From Phoronis australis (lineage: Eukaryota; Animalia; Phoronida), in NCBI GenBank assembly GCA_002633005.1, contig NMRA01001078.1, forward strand, positions 8,156-52,351: DNA of 44,196 nt, written 5' to 3'. Below the pieces are notes generated by a model that saw only the letters and a list, made by a program, of their open reading frames with translations, was not told the DNA's origin and ran no database searches. The translations under genes and the position numbers were made by a program. This document shows, piece by piece, positions 36,791-44,196 of the stretch (position 1 is the first letter of the stretch; the number at the start of each line of letters is the position of its first letter).

Positions 36791-37864
36791 CTTCTTACTT
36801 ACTTGTAAACACCGGTGTCGTTGCTGCTGACCGTCGCTCGTCTTCAGATGGTTAGGCATCGCCATTGGTCGTTTTGACCCTGATCCAGTACAACCTACAA
36901 AACCCGGGAACCTGAGCTGAATTCACACCTCAGATCTTGCGACGGTCATGTTACAAAGATGTTACTTCTCTGCAGGCAGATGTAAACTAAAGCTGCTTCC
37001 CCTGCTGCTGGACAGGTGTTCAACAGCACTTTCCGTGGTGTCGTAGTAAGCCCCAAAATATTTGCCATTATCCATAAGCTCTTGAGGGTAAATATTCCAC
37101 AGTCAACCTCCGTCGGGATCCTGTGACACTTCCATCCATTGCCTGTGCAGTCATGTATCATACCTTGATACTTCATTGTCTTCCTCTCGTTAGCTTCATC
37201 GACATGTGTTTCCCATGGCACTGGTAGCTCTATTATGGCCGATTCCTTTAGACCATAAAACTATATGAGGCCTCATTGCTTTCACTGCTATGTGTTTAGG
37301 GAAAACTGATCGTCTTCCCAGAATTGCAGTCCTCCTCATGACACTCGACTTCTGGAATAAACCCTGGTGACGATTTCCTCTTTCACTGCTGCTTTTTTTC
37401 TCTGCTCTCCTATCATATCCAGGATATGTGACAGGGCTTTCAGTACTTGCTTATGCCACCAGGTGTACTTCCCTCTGTTAGTGCTACTTTGCGCTGATAG
37501 TACATGTACATTGTATGTGCTGTAAAGTACCTTTTTTCTCCCACCTATCACATCTCTCGTCTTTAGCTTTCCCCAACGGACTCAGGTTCCTCGGCGAGGG
37601 ATGTTGATCGTACACTGCTCTAAGCATAAAGCTGAGTCTCTGACTTTGTGATGACAACAGATCCTATGAAGTGACCTTGCTTCTCAAACAGCCATTCTAC
37701 GTCGTCCATTCGCCCTGCTTCATTAAGCCCACCGCTATTACACCTCTCTTCTCTTCCCCAGCATTGCGTATCTACTGAAGCACCATATCTCTTCGTTCCT
37801 TTCCTTTTGTTGTCTTCGACCTATTACATGTACTTGGTACGAATCCTAGCCCTTGTCTTCCCAC
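36791..37864 (-). mobile_element. 5'-truncated, decayed HERO/R2-group non-LTR retrotransposon (restriction-like endonuclease end plus 3' UTR)
   Basis: Fragments GRQGLG, HVLSA..GKYTWWHKQVL, IELPVPWETHVDEANERKTMKY..GWKC..P.EV; stops and frameshifts; AAGT-like tail. Confidence 0.85.
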
Positions 37865-40800
37865 GCGACAAAACACCCACTATATTAATAACATTACAAA
37901 TAAATTAATACGGTGGTACACGACAAAAGGCCGAGTAATCAAAGGATTGATACGATTGAAACATCGGATATACTCGCTAAGACAGATTTGATTTGGAATT
38001 ATAGGGGGCACTACAGAGTGTGCAATTTACAATAAAAAAATCAATACCTCTGAAATTGTCTGATGGTGTGTCAAATAGTCATAAAACAAGTGAATATCAA
38101 TTATCAAACCTATCAAAATAAAATGAAACCAAAGGACGTTTTTCTATCCCTAAATATCGCCTTGGTTTTATTTTCCGGATGGTCGAATCATATGGACTGG
38201 AACACTGAAGTTAAGCAACACGTAACCACTGGCTGTGACTCCAGCATTTCGGGACGATGTATGGTAATTGCCTAAACTGAAAGAATTATGCGCGATTCGG
38301 TGTTCACTGCAGTACTGTACTGTTGTTCGTTTCACATCAGTTTTAGCTGTTAACTCGAACATCTAATATACATGCACATGTAGCTCAAAATTTGACTGGC
38401 ATACGAAGGTTGACTTTTTCGGGGGTTTCTGGCGGTCACAACTAAGAGCGTATTTTGTCTGTCACTGGGCTTTTAGTAATCAGTGACTTTTACTAAATCA
38501 TATGGAGTTGCTTTTGTGGTACCTTTTTATGTGTGTCCTTTTCTGGTTTCTGCCGGACCCATTCCACAGTGCAATTTGTCTCGTATCGTGGTTCATCCGG
38601 TGTTCAGTGTGGTGGTATTGTCTGTTTTAAGTCAGTTTTGGCCAGTTCTTCGAATATCTGATCTAGGTCAATATCGCGCCCTCTTGTAAGGTCCTTACGG
38701 GCCACGCCCAGAGTGCTGACGATGGCAAACGTCCACTCCCGTATATACCGAAGTAGATTATAAGTGACCCTATGGTCAGATGTTGGTACCTTGTTTATCT
38801 ATGCTCTGTGCTCGGGCCTTCCGGTCTAACAGTAGAGAATTTCTCACTGGCGTTGTCAAAGTTCATTCAGTTGCTTACTATATGGTTCCAGCACTGAGAT
38901 TTGTTTCTTTAAATACGAAGCAGTATTTTTCTGGTACTAAACGAATGAGGATATCAAGATTGTTACTACTGTAGGGAATGCAGGGAACTCACACCTGACT
39001 CATGGTGACATCGCGCTTTGCTCGCGCGTAACGCAAGGTAAGTTCCGGCCACTGTCACGCTTACATTATGTTCACACCAAATGTCACGGTCGACTGAAGC
39101 CTCACTTTCCTGTCTGTCTCCGCTTACGGCTACGTGTAGCCAAACAGGAGGCAGCCCGGACGAAGACTGATAATTCAGTGGGTGTACTTCTTCAATGCAA
39201 GGTGCCGGAAGCACTGTTGGGCACCATCGTCAAAAAATGCTTCAACATACTTTTAAAGAACGAAGCTCAAGAACTTGAACATCAAGATGATTCTGCTCTA
39301 AGAGCGGAGACTGGTTGCAACAAAACGATTCATTGGAAGCACGGAGATCGGACAAGTTTTTATGAAATTTGTAGCAAAGCAAACATATTTCTAAGCCACG
39401 ATATTCACCTAAACATTGGATGGGACACCATAGGGGGCTGGGAGATGGGTTATAGCCCCACTGTCTTCAGTGCTGCGCCACCCATTTAGGTGAAAACGAG
39501 CAATCACACCATTTTTTATGTTTTACAAAGTCCAAAGTGATACATGTCTGCGTAACTTTGCAATAATCTCACCTGGGTGCTCAGACACAAAGGCTAGCTG
39601 ATAATGTCCATCCTTGCAGATTTTGTGCCGTTTGAACTTCGACCATTCCTTATGCAAGTCAGGAGCGCAGTAACATTCTTTGCGTCCTATATGGAAAACG
39701 GCATATAATCTTTTAAAACCTGTCCAAACTGTGCATTCGTTGGTGCATTCCGTGACTGTCTTTGTCCCAGGTAGTTTTTTTCCATTTGTCGCCGGGTAAC
39801 GTTAGCGTGGAACAACCTAAAACTGTGAAATTATTTCTCACTTTAGAGTTACAGTACTGTATGTTCATGTATCCTGATTGAACCATGGGCTATACTTGAT
39901 GGTGAAAACACGGGTGCCCCTAATGAAATGCGTGCTTAAATTCCACGAACATTTGTGTATTCCTGTGAAACGCGGACGAGTCTCTTGCAGAGCTTTGTAT
40001 CTGTCCCATTTCTAGTTCCCCAGAATATCAGAGTAGACGTCGAGCCGCTCATTTATTATTACGAAACCATTGTTCCCTTATTTAGTCAAAACAAGAGTGG
40101 CGTCACATGAATCGCTTCTAAGTCAAGTTTGAGTTTTCTAAATCAATCGCTACCGGTAACTGACATTGGATAAAAAGAACATCGCGTGCTCTCCATGAAT
40201 ACTAATATTAAAGTATTTTATTTTATTTGGAACCGTTTAACTTCAACCCCGTGTTTTAATTAAATGTCTCAATGAAAAGTGATAACAAACCGATATGTAT
40301 CGTTTTCAGTAAATAGTACTACCAACAGATATAAACGAGATCAATTGCTCAAAATGAACAAAAGTATTTCAGTATTTTATTTGTGTTGTTTTAGTTAGTA
40401 CCTGGTCAAAGACAACCCATGAAATGTACCCTACATATGCGGCCTATGATAAGAAAGGAAACGCCACTTAACAACAGTAATTGAAATACACGTGCAGTGT
40501 TTTATTGTCTATGACGTTAGGGGGTCTTTGCAAAAAAACAAAATATTGACTCAGCGGGTGAAACGGGTGGCGATTTTCAAGTTCAACCGCACTATATCTA
40601 TATAAAAAGGACTTGAACGCAAAAAAATGACACCTGCCCTTTGGAGGAACGAAATGTCATATTAGAGTAACAGCACTCAAATCAACTTATGGCTACGTAA
40701 GATCACAAAAACGACCACGTTGGATAACTGTGGAACATCATATCTCAAAAGTCTAGACAAATTAATGTGAAACTTTCGGAACTCAGATAACATGTTTGTT

Positions 40801-43257
40801 TCAGAATTCTCTAAAAACTGGCAAGACACTGTATGAATCACGTTCCATTTTTATACTGTAAGAGGGGTTTTAGAATTGGGACTTCTATAAAAATAAACAC
40901 AAACTAAATTTTAAAAAATTGAGAACATGCAGCAAAAGAATAATCACGCTACTGATTCCGTTCTTTGGCCATCAACGTTTCATTCCTTTTTGTTATAGTT
41001 TACAAAAGTCATGGTCACGTGACCAAGCTGATGACAAAACTTAAACTTGACCTGAATAGCCCTTGTGGGCCTTCATTCGATTTCCAATATACTCACGTGT
41101 GGGTGAAGTATACGGTGTAAGTACTTGAACGCTGTGGACCGGGAATGGGGGATCATGGAAATATGCTTTTCACCACCATGGTTCCGTGCTTGCTCTGTTG
41201 AAGCGGAAATGGTTCAAACAGTGATACCCAAGCCTTTTGACCTCGTCACTTGGCCAAACACCGTCATTGGCTAAAAAACAGTCGTTACTTCCAATGATTT
41301 GCTCTCTGTCCTTTACCTGGGACGACATGCTTGCTTTCTTGTATACCGCCATGTTACCTGAGCAGAACAAGTTAAATTTCAAAGGCTGGTGTTTTATAGC
41401 AAGGACTTCAGTAAGATTTAAGGTGTGCTTGTTACTAATTAACGCAACTATTCTTGTCGCCGTCTACCACTTCTCTTTTTATCGACATTTGCCATGTACA
41501 CTGTGAGGCATTTCTTTTTTGGCACGATCGGGGATATAAGGAAGAAGTTTCAAGCGGCCGCTATCAATACCGCCAAACCTTGAGCATTAAAACTACTTAG
41601 AGTTAAAGTTGAGAACACCAGGGTCAATAATGGTCGACTTAAGAGGATCTACCTTATTGAAAAAAGTGAACAACTACACATTTACTACATGACATTCTAA
41701 GGTGACCAACAGTCACCACGCTACCCTTATTATAGTCAGCATTGATGATGTACGAAACTCCATTTCCTCCGCAGTTTTCCGTCGCGTTCCCTTTACACCT
41801 AAATTTACAAAATTTGTCGTCTATTTGCTTATTGCACAGGCGAGTAGTGTAGCGACACGAGCACATGTATGTCGAAGTAACACCAGCCCAGCGCCAGAAG
41901 TGTATGCGTGCACTGTGCTCTACACTCGGTCATTGTGGTGACGGCACTCATTCTTTCGTCTCCCAAAATATCTTTGTAGCATCCTTCGTCTGAAGTAACA
42001 AGAATACAAAACATTACATGTACGTATATTCTATGACAAGGCTGCAGCATCTGCTCTTATTAAAACAATAGCAGCATGAGCAAGAGAGAGAGAGAGAGAG
42101 ACAGGGAGAGAGAAAGGGCGAGAGAGAGAAAGAGATGGGGACAGAGAGAGGGGGAGGGAGCGAGGGAGAGGGTGTCCATCCTAGTCAATTACTCCAATTG
42201 CGGGTAAAAAGTATTGAAGCTTATGATTTCATGTCATAGTCAAATTTGAAAGCATTCAAGTTTTATATTAAAAGTAGATTTTTTACCGCCACTAATGCAC
42301 TGGGAAATTATTTAATGAGATTTTCGTACTTGTATTCATATTTTGGTTCCATAGTATTCGTTCATTAAGTAATTTTAAGCATTCTTGTATCGATACTCAC
42401 CAAGTTTGTTTCTTAAAAAAACTTGTAAAACGTGGAAATGAACACCATAAAGAATTTAGATCAAAGGAACCCAAATACCTTCTTAAAGATAGTAAAATTC
42501 CTAAAAATTGTGCAAGTGGTGGGAAAAAAAGTTTCACACAAAAGTTTTGATAAAACAAAACTTCTCCACTATCCAACGGTTTTATGACCTGTTGACAATT
42601 TTCTCATACTGTACAGTCGTTACAACATGTAGCATTTCGATAATAGGTGAATAATTATGATATAACGGGCCAAACACGAAACCATATTTATCTAACTTAA
42701 TTTTTGAGATAACCCGACACGCGTGTAAAACACTTCTTTCTAGAAAGGGTTGGCTATTTTTTCATGGAAAGTTTGAAAAAGGTTCACCTAACTGCAGCAA
42801 CTCGATAATGAAAAAACAAGGCGTTGGATGATACGTCTTAGTATGTTAATTCTTATGTCCCAATTTTTTATTTTTCAGCCATAGGAATTTTAAAATGTTA
42901 GTGAAGAATTCAACATGCGATATTTTACAACCTTCTTTAGAGAAACCGTGTCCCGTGTTGTACTACCGCTTCTATCAATCTTACCCTGCCAAAAATTGGA
43001 AAATACGTTTTCTACTTTCGGTGATGGTGACGAAAAAAAAAATAAATTTACCACCTTAGAAACGAGTAATTATTTCAGCAGTTTTTCTACCATACGTTGT
43101 TAAATGTGTTTTTGACCACATCTGAAAGAGTTAAACTGACCTTTGACTCTCATACTTATGCATAAGACTTATACTAAACAAGATAAAAATCCGGACATCA
43201 ACGGTCATCGTGGAAGCATTTTCTACCAATTGAATCCAGGCAGAATTTTTTTATCCA
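37865..43257 (+). repeat. Segmental duplication, copy 2 (pseudogenised), cut by an LTR insertion
   Basis: Colinear with 27368-32547. Confidence 0.95.
39573..41989 (-). pseudogene. Pseudo-exons WSC (41989-41725), FTP N-half (41357-41097) and WSC-like (39822-39573)
   Basis: 265 vs 264 nt (+1 frameshift near 41902); TGG>TGA stop at 41172-41170; 250 vs 249 nt (+1 in a T run near 39780). Splice sites are retained. Confidence 0.88.
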
Positions 43258-44020
43258 TGTCAGAATATGGTCTGACAGTATTTTTAGTTGTATTGTTTTG
43301 TTTTGTTTTGTTATTCTGTTTGATTGACATGACCCCTGAGTTAAGTACAGTGATGATGTAATTTGTTTACTACAGTACAGTGTGGAACTTTCTGGAAGAC
43401 TCTAGCATGACAGTGATTAATGCAGTCTGGAATATTCTAGAGACTAGTACACGTTTGAAGATTGATTGGGTAGGTTCCAGAAAGTTCTAGAATGTGCTTG
43501 AATTGATGACAAGTTCCAGAACAATGCATTAGGCTATAAATACACAAGCACGGGTTTGTGTTAGTCAGTTGAGTTCAAGATAAGGTCAGTTGATTCCAGG
43601 TAAGATCAAGTCAGATAATCATCAGAAGATTAAGTCAGTGAGATCAGGTCAGTTCAAGAGAAGATCAAGTCAGTTCAAGTAAGTCAATCAGGAGAACTAC
43701 AGTTGAGTTGCAGTGAAGAGAGTAGGAAGTTACAGCGATAGTCAATAGAGAGCCACCTATAGAGACAGCAGGTTATTGAATCGAGTGTAACAGTTGCTGG
43801 AAGTATCTCAGAAGTTCAATACAAGTCAAGGCTTCGCAGCACTGACTGGAACATAAACAGACATTACGTCGGACGTTTTGTTTGAGTAGGCTTGTGAACG
43901 TACGGTCGGGATTAATAAAGGATTAACTCGAACCAGTCTTCAGTCAATCTTCGCAACGAAAGCTATTAGCACCGGTCTGTAACAACCTGCGCCCACCCAC
44001 ACACGGGGAAAAACGTGACA
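43258..44020 (+). mobile_element. 5' LTR of a Ty3/Gypsy-type retrotransposon (763 bp)
   Basis: TGTCA...TGACA ends, TATAAATA near 43535, AATAAA near 43914. It begins exactly where homology with duplication copy 1 stops and is followed by a PBS and gag. Confidence 0.9.
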
Positions 44021-44022
44021 AT

Positions 44023-44040
44023 TGGCGAGCACACCAGGAG
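44023..44040 (+). promoter_or_regulatory. Primer-binding site, tRNA-Arg type
   Basis: TGGCGAGCACACCAGGAG, 2 nt after the LTR; 15/18 match to the complement of the eukaryotic tRNA-Arg(ACG) 3' end as I recall it (TGGCGAGCCAGCCAGGAG). Confidence 0.8.
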
Positions 44041-44095
44041 CTTACTGACGGTAACAAGGTGTGATAAAGTGGACTGTTGGAATTAGCGACTCACT

Positions 44096-44196
44096 ATGGA
44101 GACAAGATCTCAACTAAGAGAGTTGATGGCCCTCGGACAAGAAATGGGTCTGCAGGGAGACAATCTCAGACAGTTTGTTGAAAAACAACAAGCTGA
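44096..44196 (+). CDS. gag: Gag N-terminus (partial, runs off the window)
   Basis: METRSQLRELMALGQEMGLQGDNLRQFVEKQQA resembles the G.E.GL.G..L..FV..QQ start of invertebrate Gypsy gag proteins; it directly follows the PBS. Confidence 0.8.
   Translation, partial: METRSQLRELMALGQEMGLQGDNLRQFVEKQQA

Noticed and set aside
37501-37508. TACATGTA inside the HERO ORF as a footprint
   Set aside because: It encodes the conserved His-Val of the HVLS motif, so it is probably ancestral sequence.

Overview
AT-rich eukaryotic genomic DNA. The repeat content and domain repertoire suggest a marine invertebrate, probably a lophotrochozoan (inference). There are no prokaryotic features. The backbone is one long, intron-rich minus-strand gene (about 34.7 kb to 0.8 kb) built from GT-AG exons that are almost all symmetric phase 1-1. 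It encodes a mosaic extracellular protein: signal-like exon, WSC, F-type lectin (FTP) N-half, WSC-like, [decayed FTP N-half], FTP C-half, short kringle, TSP1-like, kringle, FTP, linker, [disrupted TM-like exon]. A diverged second copy of the WSC/FTP/WSC block (37865-43257) has a disabling lesion in each exon and is cut by a Gypsy-type LTR retrotransposon (LTR, tRNA-Arg PBS, gag start). Introns hold nested transposons: CMC/EnSpm-like, TA-TSD TIR elements, Kolobok, an Academ deletion derivative, a hAT MITE, a solo LTR, a HERO-type LINE and a Penelope-like fragment with a decayed hammerhead. The most striking non-genic signal is that TACATGTA is strongly over-represented, and paralogous copies in the window show it (and TACAGTA) as filled versus empty TA sites, matching Tc1/mariner-type excision footprints. 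All calls come from manual reading; no database searches were run.
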